42,218 bases of DNA from Myxococcales bacterium (GTDB lineage Bacteria > Myxococcota_A > UBA9160 > SMWR01). The stretch is taken from the NCBI GenBank assembly GCA_029863845.1, contig JAOTUO010000002.1:1-42218 (forward strand). The letters run 5' to 3'. A program made the position numbers and the translations under genes. Below the pieces are notes generated by a model. It was not told the origin of the DNA, did not search any database, and saw only the letters and a list, made by a program, of their open reading frames with translations. Numbering within the stretch: position 1 is the first letter of the stretch; each line of letters opens with the position of its first letter. This document shows, in pieces, positions 1 to 9,547 of this stretch.

Positions 1-45
1 TCACTCTCTGAACCCAAGCCGGAGCGCTTCTTCGCGAGCCTGGGG

Positions 46-693
46 ATGAGTTGGGACGAGGTTGCCAGGCAGTGCAAGCACGGCGACAAGGCGATCGCGG
101 CCTTCCTCGAGTCCTTCGAGCGAACGTTCCAGACCGAGAGAGCCTATGTCTTCCCCTGGTTCGAGCTGGGAAGAAGAACGGTCTTCATCGCGGACCTGGC
201 CGGAAGCGGGGCGCCTCCGGAGCTCCACGAGCAGGCGATGGCCGGCTATCACTCCCTTCTCGAGAATTCCGGTATCGACCCCCACGAGCGGGAACAGCTC
301 GAAGCTCTCGTCGGCGACGTGGCCGAAGGAATGCTCGAAGACGAGGAGTACAAGCTCCAGAGAATCCTCGGCCGACTCCGAAGCAAGGCAGCCGCCATGA
401 CGCCGGCCGCGGCCGAGCCGGTCGTGTGGAACGCTCTCTGGGCGAGAGGCGTTCTCATCCTCTTCGCCGCGTTGGTGATCGTCTCCGGCCTGCTCGCCGT
501 GTTGCAACAGATGCCGCTGCTCGCCCTCCTGGCGGTCATCGCGGCCTGCGCGCTCGGGGTAGGGGGGATCGGCGCGATGCAGCTTCAGAACGACGAGGAG
601 TTTCGCGGGCAGCCGTTACTCGAGTTGATGGGGCTGTCGTTCACCCATCTCCCTCTGATCCGAAGACGAAGGAGCGGGAACCAGGACAGCTAG
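46..693 (+). CDS. hypothetical membrane protein, possible accessory subunit of the downstream Rieske/cytochrome b operon
   Basis: 215-aa ATG ORF with ordinary protein-like composition, unlike the Arg/Pro-rich alternative frames. An acidic soluble N-terminal half is followed by two hydrophobic helices (GVLILFAALVIVSGLLAVL, LLALLAVIAACALGVGGIG). Same strand as the Rieske gene, with a 44-nt gap. No family recognised. Confidence 0.5.
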   Translation: MSWDEVARQCKHGDKAIAAFLESFERTFQTERAYVFPWFELGRRTVFIADLAGSGAPPELHEQAMAGYHSLLENSGIDPHEREQLEALVGDVAEGMLEDEEYKLQRILGRLRSKAAAMTPAAAEPVVWNALWARGVLILFAALVIVSGLLAVLQQMPLLALLAVIAACALGVGGIGAMQLQNDEEFRGQPLLELMGLSFTHLPLIRRRRSGNQDS

Positions 694-737
694 CTTCGCA
701 ATCGGAAGCATCCATTCCCGGATTTCTGAGGGGGCCC

Positions 738-1190
738 ATGTCGCATCACGCATCTCCCGCCCGTCTGTCGCGCCGCAGCGTCCTCAACGTCCTGCTCAGC
801 GTGGGAGTGCTGGGTTGGCTCGCGAGCGTTCTCTATCCCGTGATCCGCTACCTCACCCCCCTGCCCCTGGTGGGGCCGGGAGGTCCCGTCCAACTGACGA
901 GGTCCGAGGTGACGAAGATCGAGCGCGACAAGTTCGCGATCGTCCCTGTGGGCCGGCGGCGGGTTCTCGTGTTGGAAGACTCCGAGGGGGAGCTTCGGGC
1001 ACTCGACGCCAAGTGCACGCACGAGGGTTGCACCGTGAAGTACATGCCTCGCGACTCACTCATCGTGTGCGCCTGCCACAACGGCCGCTTCGACCTCCAG
1101 GGCCGCGTCGTGGCGGGACCGCCGCCGAAGCCCCTGGCGACCTACGCGGTCCAGCGCGACGAGGAAGGAGTCATCAAGGTCACGGTATGA
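738..1190 (+). CDS. Rieske [2Fe-2S] iron-sulfur subunit of a cytochrome bc/b6f-type complex
   Basis: Inner ATG of ORF 51..1190, in frame. Twin-arginine motif SRRSVL followed by a TM anchor. Rieske cluster boxes CTHEGC and CACHNGRF. The stop overlaps the cytochrome b start (ATGA). Confidence 0.9.
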   Translation: MSHHASPARLSRRSVLNVLLSVGVLGWLASVLYPVIRYLTPLPLVGPGGPVQLTRSEVTKIERDKFAIVPVGRRRVLVLEDSEGELRALDAKCTHEGCTVKYMPRDSLIVCACHNGRFDLQGRVVAGPPPKPLATYAVQRDEEGVIKVTV

Positions 1191-2581
1191 GCACCGCACG
1201 CGCGGACAAGCGCCTCTACCGTTGGATCGACGAGCGATACGGCGTCTCGCCGCTCATCGAGTTCCTCCGCCACAAGGAGGTGCCGCTCGGGGCGCACCCG
1301 CTGTTCTGGTACTTCCTGGGCGGAACCACCCTGTTCTTCTTCGCCGTGCAGATCGTCTCCGGCGTGCTGCTCCTCGTGTACTACCAGCCCGGCGAGAACA
1401 CGTCGTACGAGAGCATCCGTTACATCACCACGAAGGTCCCCTTCGGCTGGCTCGTCCGCTCCGTGCACTGCTGGAGCGCCCACCTGATGATCGTCTCGCT
1501 CGTCGTGCACATGCTGAGCACGATGATGCTGAAGGCCTACCGGCCTCCGAGGGAATTGACCTGGTTGACGGGGTTCCTCCTGTTCAATCTGGCCCTGGGC
1601 TTCGGCTTCTCGGGCTACCTGCTGCCCTGGAACGAGCTGGCGTTCTTCGCGACGGCCGTCGGAACGGACTCGGTCAAGTCGGTTCCCGTCGTCGGAAACT
1701 GGCTGCTTCAGGTGATGCGCGGCGGGCCGGACGTGACGATCAACACGGTCTACCGCTTCTTCGCCCTCCACATCTGCATTCTCCCCATCCTCACGGTCGG
1801 GCTGATCACCGTCCACCTGATCTTCATCCAGCGTCAGGGCATGGCGCCGCCGATCGCCAAGCACGTCGCGCCGCGCGGCATGCGATTCTTTCCGAACTTC
1901 GCGCTGCGCGACCTGCTGTGGTGGATCCTGTGCCTGGCGGCGCTGCTGGTGCTCGCCCTGCTCCTCCCCTATGGCCCGGGCATCCCGGGCGTCGAGTGGG
2001 AGCTGGGGCAGAAGGCGGACCCCCTGGCACCCGCCTACCCGGGGATCAAGCCGGAGTGGTACTTCCTCTGGATCTACCAGCTCCTCAAGGAGTTCCCGCC
2101 TCACCTCTTCGGGTTGGAAGGGCCGCAGGTCTGCCTGGCGGTGGTGAGCCTCCTGATGACGACGTGGGCGCTCGTGCCGTGGCTCGACCGGAAGGCTCGG
2201 CGCGACGAGCCCTCCCCCGCCTTCACCGATTTCGGGGTCGGCGCCATGCTGTTCATCACCTTCCTCATGCTCAAGGCATGGGACATCGGCGCGGGCGCAG
2301 TCGCTGACGGAGGGTTTCCCGATCCCGCGGCCGTGGCGAGGCCCTGCGCCTGGATCCTGTTGGCGGTCGCCGTCGCGGTCACGGCCGTGCGTATTGCAGT
2401 CTACCGGGATCGGTGGTTCGTCTTCAGCGGCGCGGCGGTCCTGCACGCCGTGCTGCACGGGCTGGTTGGACTTCCCTACCTGGCGGCGGGCGCGATCGCC
2501 GCCGCCGCTGCTGCGCTGGCGACGGGCTTCACCGTCGCTCGCGGTCGGACTTCGGCTATGCCCGCCGGAGGTGGACACTGA
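1187..2581 (+). CDS. cytochrome b (fused b6 plus subunit IV-like) with extra C-terminal TM helices
   Basis: Inner ATG of ORF 815..2581, in frame. Haem-ligand His pairs are SVHCWSAHLMIVSLVVH (13 residues between the outer His) and LHICILPILTVGLITVH (14 residues between, b6-like spacing). Qo-site PEWY motif (KPEWYFLW). About three extra hydrophobic helices follow the canonical core. Confidence 0.9.
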   Translation: MSTARADKRLYRWIDERYGVSPLIEFLRHKEVPLGAHPLFWYFLGGTTLFFFAVQIVSGVLLLVYYQPGENTSYESIRYITTKVPFGWLVRSVHCWSAHLMIVSLVVHMLSTMMLKAYRPPRELTWLTGFLLFNLALGFGFSGYLLPWNELAFFATAVGTDSVKSVPVVGNWLLQVMRGGPDVTINTVYRFFALHICILPILTVGLITVHLIFIQRQGMAPPIAKHVAPRGMRFFPNFALRDLLWWILCLAALLVLALLLPYGPGIPGVEWELGQKADPLAPAYPGIKPEWYFLWIYQLLKEFPPHLFGLEGPQVCLAVVSLLMTTWALVPWLDRKARRDEPSPAFTDFGVGAMLFITFLMLKAWDIGAGAVADGGFPDPAAVARPCAWILLAVAVAVTAVRIAVYRDRWFVFSGAAVLHAVLHGLVGLPYLAAGAIAAAAAALATGFTVARGRTSAMPAGGGH

Positions 2582-4134
2582 GGAGTCGGACCGTCGTTCC
2601 GCTTCTGATCCTGGCGATCCTCGCGGTCGGCGCCGCCGATCCGCCGGAGGGAGGGTTCGCGCCCTCGGAGGCGCTGAGCGAGCTGTTTTCGACGCAAGGC
2701 GAGGACGGTGAAGCGCTGATCGGAGCCGAGGAACGCGAGTATTTCGAGGGGTTGCCCGCACAAGCGAAGGATCTCTTCAACGATGCGATCGACAACGAGC
2801 TCTTGAACGAGGCCAGCCAGCTGAGAGAGCTGCTCTCCCTCGCTCTCAGCCCGTCGAAGCTCGAGCTTCTGATGCGGGACAACTGCGTCTTGTGTCACAC
2901 GGACCCCGAGGCGCAGGATCCGGAGACCCTGTTCTGGACCGATCCGGAGGCGGTCGGGTCGCCGCCGCACCTGAATCTGAGGGAAGTCGTCCGCGACGTG
3001 CACTTTCGCCGCGGCCTCTCCTGCTCCGGATGCCACGGCGGGACCCCCACCGACGAGGACATGGCCGACGAGATCTACGATCGCTGGCCGGAAGCGCCCG
3101 AGCGGCACGCGGATCGAACCTGGATCCCCGACTTCTGCGCGCGCTGCCACTCGGACCCGGCCTTCATGCGGCGCTTCGACCCGTCGCTGGCCACGGACCA
3201 GTACGCAAAGTACCGGGAGAGCCTGCATGGAAAACTGCTCCTGGAGCAGGCGGACTCGAAGGCCGCCCAGTGTGTGAGCTGTCATGGTGTCCACGGGATC
3301 CGCGATTCGAAGAGCCCCCGTTCGCCGGTCCATCCCCGGAACGTTCCCTACACCTGTGGCGCCTGTCACGCCGACGCCGACTACATGAAGGGCTACAAGG
3401 ACGCCGCCGGGGATCCCCTGCCGACCAACCAGCTGGAGGAGTTCGAGACCAGCGTCCACGGTCGCGCCCTGCTCGAGCGCGGGGACACGGGGGCTCCCGC
3501 CTGCAACGACTGCCATGGGAACCACGCCGCGATGCCGCCCGAGATCGCCAGCATCGGGCAGGTGTGCCGCACCTGTCACTCCGGCAACGGAGAGCTCTTC
3601 GAGGGCAGCAAGCACAAGAAGGCTTTCGAGCGCAACGGCTGGCCCGAGTGCGAGAAGTGCCACGGGAACCACGCGATCGCCAGGACGGACGACTCGATGC
3701 TCAACGAGAAGTCCAATCCGCTCTGCTATGAGTGCCACCGCGAGAACGCCGAGGACAACCCGGACTGCATACGGACCGCGGAGTACTTCTATGCCTCGAT
3801 CAGCACGCTGGCGACCGAGCAGAAGTCCCTCGCCGAACAGGTGCACCAGCTCGCCGAGAAGGGACTGGACGTCGAGCCCCTGGCGGCGACCGTCGACGAC
3901 ATGGAGGACACCCTCAGACAGTCGCGATCGCTCATCCACGCGTTCGACAGGAGTGAGTTCGAGAAGATCGAGAAGCGCGGACACGAAGCGGCTCGGCAGG
4001 GCTGGGAGCAGGTCGAAGCGGCGGAGGGCGAGTACCGGTTCCGGCTCACGGGGCTGCGCGTCGCCATCGGGTTCATGATCCTGCTGTCGGTCGCGCTGTA
4101 CCTGAAGATCCGCGAGATGGAAGCGCGCACCTAG
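2413..4134 (+). CDS. membrane-anchored nine-haem c-type cytochrome
   Basis: Nine CXXCH motifs: CVLCH, CSGCH, CARCH, CVSCH, CGACH, CNDCH, CRTCH, CEKCH, CYECH. Signal-peptide-like RSRTVVPLLILAILAVGA starts near nt 2581. The C-terminal region looks like a coiled coil and ends in a TM helix (VAIGFMILLSVALYLKI). 2413 is the only in-frame ATG/GTG/TTG start, but the first ~55 codons are Arg-rich and overlap cytochrome b, so the real start is probably near 2578 (see findings). Confidence 0.85.
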   Translation: MVRLQRRGGPARRAARAGWTSLPGGGRDRRRRCCAGDGLHRRSRSDFGYARRRWTLRSRTVVPLLILAILAVGAADPPEGGFAPSEALSELFSTQGEDGEALIGAEEREYFEGLPAQAKDLFNDAIDNELLNEASQLRELLSLALSPSKLELLMRDNCVLCHTDPEAQDPETLFWTDPEAVGSPPHLNLREVVRDVHFRRGLSCSGCHGGTPTDEDMADEIYDRWPEAPERHADRTWIPDFCARCHSDPAFMRRFDPSLATDQYAKYRESLHGKLLLEQADSKAAQCVSCHGVHGIRDSKSPRSPVHPRNVPYTCGACHADADYMKGYKDAAGDPLPTNQLEEFETSVHGRALLERGDTGAPACNDCHGNHAAMPPEIASIGQVCRTCHSGNGELFEGSKHKKAFERNGWPECEKCHGNHAIARTDDSMLNEKSNPLCYECHRENAEDNPDCIRTAEYFYASISTLATEQKSLAEQVHQLAEKGLDVEPLAATVDDMEDTLRQSRSLIHAFDRSEFEKIEKRGHEAARQGWEQVEAAEGEYRFRLTGLRVAIGFMILLSVALYLKIREMEART

Positions 4135-4169
4135 GCAGGACGCGTTCGACCGGGCCCGGGGGGCCTCGC

Positions 4170-5351
4170 TCAGAACTGGTCGAGCATCCAGGGAACGGGT
4201 CCGGCGAACGCAGCGTCGAGGGCGCCGCGTTCCTCGGGCGTGCCGCCGCTGAGCCGCCCGGCGCGCTCCAGCACCGACGTCGAGGCCCAGCCCGTGTAGA
4301 GCGCGGAGAAGGGGCCGACATCGAGGGCCACGGTCCCGCTGCCGCCGGACTCGAGGCGACCCCGGCCCTTGCTCACGGTGAGGACGAAGCGCCCGTCGTT
4401 GGTCGGGAGGATCGGGTCGCGCAGCGCGAGATCCACCTGCACGTCCACGCCGGGCGCGAATCCCCGCGCTTCGACGGCGCCCGCCGCATCGACCATTCGC
4501 GTCATCCAGCGAACCTCGGCGACCACCTCGAGCGACTGCTCCGGCAGCAGGAGCAGCAGCGGGTCCTCCGCCGAGCCGCGATAGATCACCCGATCGGCCT
4601 GGGACGACCACGAGCCGAGCAGTCGCCACAGCGCGGCCGCGGCGTCGCGGCCGGTCGCCACGGCGTCTTCCACGCCGAGCACGAAGGGCCCGCCGAAGGC
4701 GCTGTGCTCCCCGGGGACCTGGTGGTAGACGAGGTAGCCCTCGATCTCGCCGCCGTCGCTCTCCGCGACATAGACGCGTCGCTCGCTCCACACGTCCCGG
4801 AGCAGTGCCCACCAGTGCTCGGAGCGGTCGACGAATCCGTTCACGCTTTGCGCCAGGCGCGCGTAGCAGGCCCGGAGCGACTCCCACTCGTCCGGCCCAC
4901 AGGGGCGAACGCGCCCACCTTCGGGCGCCGCGATGGAACGCAGCACGCGGGGAGCGATCCGGCGCCACAGATAGGTGCCGGCGACCTCCCAGCCGAGGCT
5001 GCGGTACAGCGAGGTGGTGGCCGGGAACAGCGTCGAGATGACTTGGCCGCGCTCGAGCATCGCCTTCAGCACCGCGACGATCACCCGCCCGGCGACGCCC
5101 TGACCGCGCCGGTCGGGCGACACCGCGACCGACGCGAGCCCGCCCATGGGAACCGAGCGGCCGCCGAAGAACTGCCCCAACTCGTGCGCACCCGTCATCG
5201 CCACCAGGCGGCCACCGTCGAAGGCCCCGACGAGGCGCGACGGGTCCCAGCGCAGGAAGCGATCGCGGTGCTGCGCCGGAGCGTTGAACGAGTAGCGGTC
5301 CAGCTCCCACGCCTGTTCGAGCTCGTCCTCGCGAAGGCTTCGGATCTCCAC
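4170..5351 (-). CDS. Eis-like GNAT family N-acetyltransferase (GNAT plus SCP2-like C-terminus)
   Basis: Inner GTG (VEIRSLREDELEQAW...) of ORF 4170..6272, in frame. Acetyl-CoA-binding region RRGQGVAGRVIVAVL. The ~393-aa length and domain order are typical of Eis-type enzymes. The upstream part of the long ORF is antisense to the GT2 gene and Arg/Ala-rich. Confidence 0.75.
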   Translation of the reverse strand: MEIRSLREDELEQAWELDRYSFNAPAQHRDRFLRWDPSRLVGAFDGGRLVAMTGAHELGQFFGGRSVPMGGLASVAVSPDRRGQGVAGRVIVAVLKAMLERGQVISTLFPATTSLYRSLGWEVAGTYLWRRIAPRVLRSIAAPEGGRVRPCGPDEWESLRACYARLAQSVNGFVDRSEHWWALLRDVWSERRVYVAESDGGEIEGYLVYHQVPGEHSAFGGPFVLGVEDAVATGRDAAAALWRLLGSWSSQADRVIYRGSAEDPLLLLLPEQSLEVVAEVRWMTRMVDAAGAVEARGFAPGVDVQVDLALRDPILPTNDGRFVLTVSKGRGRLESGGSGTVALDVGPFSALYTGWASTSVLERAGRLSGGTPEERGALDAAFAGPVPWMLDQF

Positions 5352-5438
5352 GGCACCCGACGCTATCGTCGATGGCCGACTTTCGCCCGCGGCGCGCGGT
5401 CGGATACGCTGGGCGGGGATCGACTCATCGGAGGCCCC

Positions 5439-6452
5439 GTGCCGGAAGCTCCGCCCCGCGTCTCGGTGCTGCTCCCGGTCTTCGACGCCGAGGCCACGCT
5501 GGCCGCCTGCCTGCGCAGCATCCAGCGCCAGACCGAGCGCGATTTCGAGTGCGTGATCGTGGATGACGGCTCGCGCGACGGGAGCCTCGCCTGCGCGCGC
5601 GGCGTGGCCGCCGCCGACGCGCGCTTCCGCGTCGTCCGCGAGAGCCACCGCGGCCTCGTCGCCGCGCTCAACGCCGGCCTCGCCCTCTGCCGCGGACGCT
5701 TCGTCGCGCGCATGGACGCGGACGACCTCATGCACCGCGATCGTCTCGCGGCCCAGACCGCCGCGCTCGAAGCCGACCCGGAGCTCGCGGCGGTGGGCTC
5801 GCACGTGCGCCTCTTCCCGCGCCGCGCCCTCGGTAACGGCATGCGCGCCTACGAGCGGTGGCTCGCGAGCATCGACTCGCCCCGGCGGGTGCGCGAGGAG
5901 GCCTTCGTCGAGTGCCCCATCGCCCATCCCACGCTCGTGGCGCGCCGCGAGGTGCTGGGGGCGCTTCGCTACCGCGATCGCGGCTGGCCGGAGGACTACG
6001 ACCTCGTGCTGCGCCTGCTCGAGGGCGGACACCGCGTGAGCGTCGTACCGCGGCGGCTGCTCGCCTGGCGTCACGGTGCCGGGCGGCTCTCGCGCAGCAG
6101 TCCCGATTATGCAATCGCGCGCTTCACCGCCTGCAAGGCCGCCTTCCTCGCCCGCGGTTTCCTCGGCACCTCGGACCGCTACGTGCTGTGGGGTTACGGC
6201 GCCACCGGCCGGTCCCTGTGTCGGGCCCTGCGCGACCGTGGCAAGCGCCCCGCGGCCATCGTCGAGCTGCACCCGGGACGCATCGGCGAGACCATCCAGG
6301 GTGCTCCCGTGATCGCGCCCGAGGCGCTCGCCTCGCGCCCCGTCGAGCCGCTCGTGGTCTCCGTCGCCCGCGAGCGAGCGCGCGGCGAGATCCGCGCGGA
6401 GCTCTCCAAGCTCGGCTATCGCGAGACCCGCGACTACGTCTGCGCCGCGTAG
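5439..6452 (+). CDS. family 2 glycosyltransferase with a C-terminal Rossmann-like extension
   Basis: VSVLLPVFDAEATLAACLRSIQRQT, VIVDDGSRDGS and MDADD (DxD) motifs of GT-A family 2. The start is placed at in-frame GTG 5439, just before the conserved N-terminus, and is uncertain. Divergent from the Eis-like gene. Confidence 0.75.
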   Translation: MPEAPPRVSVLLPVFDAEATLAACLRSIQRQTERDFECVIVDDGSRDGSLACARGVAAADARFRVVRESHRGLVAALNAGLALCRGRFVARMDADDLMHRDRLAAQTAALEADPELAAVGSHVRLFPRRALGNGMRAYERWLASIDSPRRVREEAFVECPIAHPTLVARREVLGALRYRDRGWPEDYDLVLRLLEGGHRVSVVPRRLLAWRHGAGRLSRSSPDYAIARFTACKAAFLARGFLGTSDRYVLWGYGATGRSLCRALRDRGKRPAAIVELHPGRIGETIQGAPVIAPEALASRPVEPLVVSVARERARGEIRAELSKLGYRETRDYVCAA

Positions 6453-6462
6453 TCAGAGAACC

Positions 6463-6582
6463 GCGGCGGAGCCGGGAGGATCCCGCAGCGAAATCAAGCG
6501 CAGGCCGCCCGTGGTCTCCGGATGTCGGAACCAAGTGCGCGCGGCCGAGCCATTCGCGGAGGGATCCTCCCGGCTCCGCCGC
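6463..6582 (+). repeat. palindromic intergenic element, copy 1 (120 bp)
   Basis: Perfect 22-bp terminal inverted repeat GCGGCGGAGCCGGGAGGATCCC / GGGATCCTCCCGGCTCCGCCGC. It encloses conserved box A GCAGCGAAATCAAGCGCAGGCC, a 36-nt core and box B GGCCGAGCCATTCGCGGA. Lies between the convergent stops of the GT2 gene and asnS. Confidence 0.9.
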
Positions 6583-6656
6583 CTACGGCCGTGCAATCGG
6601 GGCCGCGCGGCGTTCGCGATCGGCGGTCGCCGGCTCGGCTCGTCGAACCGTCGCGC

Positions 6657-8044
6657 CTAAAAGTCCACGTAGCCGGGGACGCGCGGGAACGGAATCACGT
6701 CCCGGATGTTCGCCATCCCGGTCATGAACTGGACGACGCGTTCGAAGCCCAGGCCGAAGCCCGCGTGGGGCGCCGAGCCGTAGCGCCGCAGGTCCAGGTA
6801 CCAGCCGTAGCGCTCCTCGGGCAGGCCGCAGTCGCGCATGCGCCGGCGCAACACGTCGAGGCGGTGCTCGCGCTGCGAGCCGCCGACGATCTCGCCGACT
6901 TTGGGCACGAGGACATCCATGGCACGCACGGTCCGCTCGTCGTCGTTCAGGTACATGTAGAAGGCCTTGATGGCGGCCGGGTAGTCGGTGACGATGACGG
7001 GCCGGCGGATGTGCTGCTCGGTGAGGTAGCGCTCGTGCTCGCTCTGGAGGTCGGCGCCCCACTTCACCGGAAACTCGAAAGACTCGCCGCTGCGCTCCAG
7101 GATCTCGACCGCCTCGCCGTAGGTAATGCGCTCGAAGGGCGTCTCGATGACGTGGGTCAGCGTGGCGATGACGCTGTCGTCGATGCGTTGGTTGAAGAAG
7201 GCCATGTCGTCGGGACACTGTTCGAGGACGCTGCGGAAGACCTGCTTCAGAAAGGCCTCGGCGAGGTCCATGTCGCCGGCGAGATCGCAGAAGGCCATCT
7301 CCGGCTCCACCATCCAGAACTCGGCGAGGTGGCGGCTGGTGTTGGAGTTCTCGGCCCGGAAGGTGGGGCCGAAGGTGTAGACCCGGCTGAGGGCGAGAGC
7401 GGCGATCTCGGCCTCGAGCTGCCCCGAGACCGTGAGGTAGGCCTCCCGGCCGAAGAAATCGCGACCGAAGTCGACCCGGCCCTCTCCGTCGCGCGGCGGG
7501 TTCGAGGGGTCCAGGGTCGACACCCGGAACATGTCGCCCGCCCCTTCGGCGTCCGAGGCGGTGATGATCGGCGAGTGGAGGTGGATGAAGCCGCGCTCCT
7601 GGAAGAATGCGTGGATCGCTCGGGAGGCCGCATTGCGCACGCGGAGCACGGCCCCGATGGTGTTGGTGCGCGGCCGCAGATGCGCCAGGGTGCGCAGGAA
7701 CTCGAAGGAGTGGCGCTTCTTCTGGAGCGGGTAGTCGGGGTCGACGGTGCCCACCACCTCGACGCGGCGCGCCCTCAGCTCGAAGCGCTGCCCCTTTCCG
7801 GGCGAGTCGACCAACTCGCCCATCGCGGCGACGGCGCAGCCCGTGCCCAGCGGCCGCAGCTCGGCCTCGTAGTTCTCGAGCGCCGGGTCCACCACGACCT
7901 GGAGCCCGGCGAAGCAGGAGCCGTCGGCGACCTCGAGAAAGCTCACACCCTTCGAGTGGCGGGCGGTGCGGATCCAGCCGCGGACCGTCGCCTCGCCGCC
8001 CGCCGCCTCGCGGGCGAGGATCTCGCGGATCGACTCGCCGCCGC

Positions 8045-8048
<4 letters not shown>
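6657..8048 (-). CDS. asnS: asparagine--tRNA ligase
   Basis: Inner GTG of ORF 6657..8429, in frame. Class IIb signatures [24 protein letters not shown] and [16 protein letters not shown]. About 463 aa. The start overlaps the stop of the upstream aldehyde dehydrogenase gene (GTGA). Confidence 0.93.
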
Positions 8049-9475
<1,427 letters not shown>

Positions 9476-9547
9476 GGCCTGGACGTCCCCCCCCGTGCCG
9501 GCGCGGCCCGGGTCGGCGTAAGCGTATCGCAAGCACGCCCCGCGGCG

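Noticed and set aside
1-507. 168-aa minus-strand ORF at the window edge
   Set aside because: Antisense to the more protein-like 46-693 ORF. It is Arg/Glu/Gly-rich and has no motifs.
2476-5310. 944-aa minus-strand ORF spanning the cytochrome c and Eis-like regions
   Set aside because: Extremely Arg/Ala/Gly/Pro-rich with no recognisable motifs. It is antisense to a nine-CXXCH cytochrome and out of frame with the Eis-like gene. This is a typical high-G+C shadow ORF.
6463-6582. Interpreting the three palindromic elements as CRISPR repeats, integron attC sites, tRNA-like genes or coding sequence
   Set aside because: The copies are 5-30 kb apart, so they are not an array. They lack the attC RYYYAAC/GTTRRRY cores, and no integrase is nearby. 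They have no cloverleaf. The ORFs that cross them (shared AAKSSAGRP and PSHSRRD peptides) are simply the repeat read in one frame.
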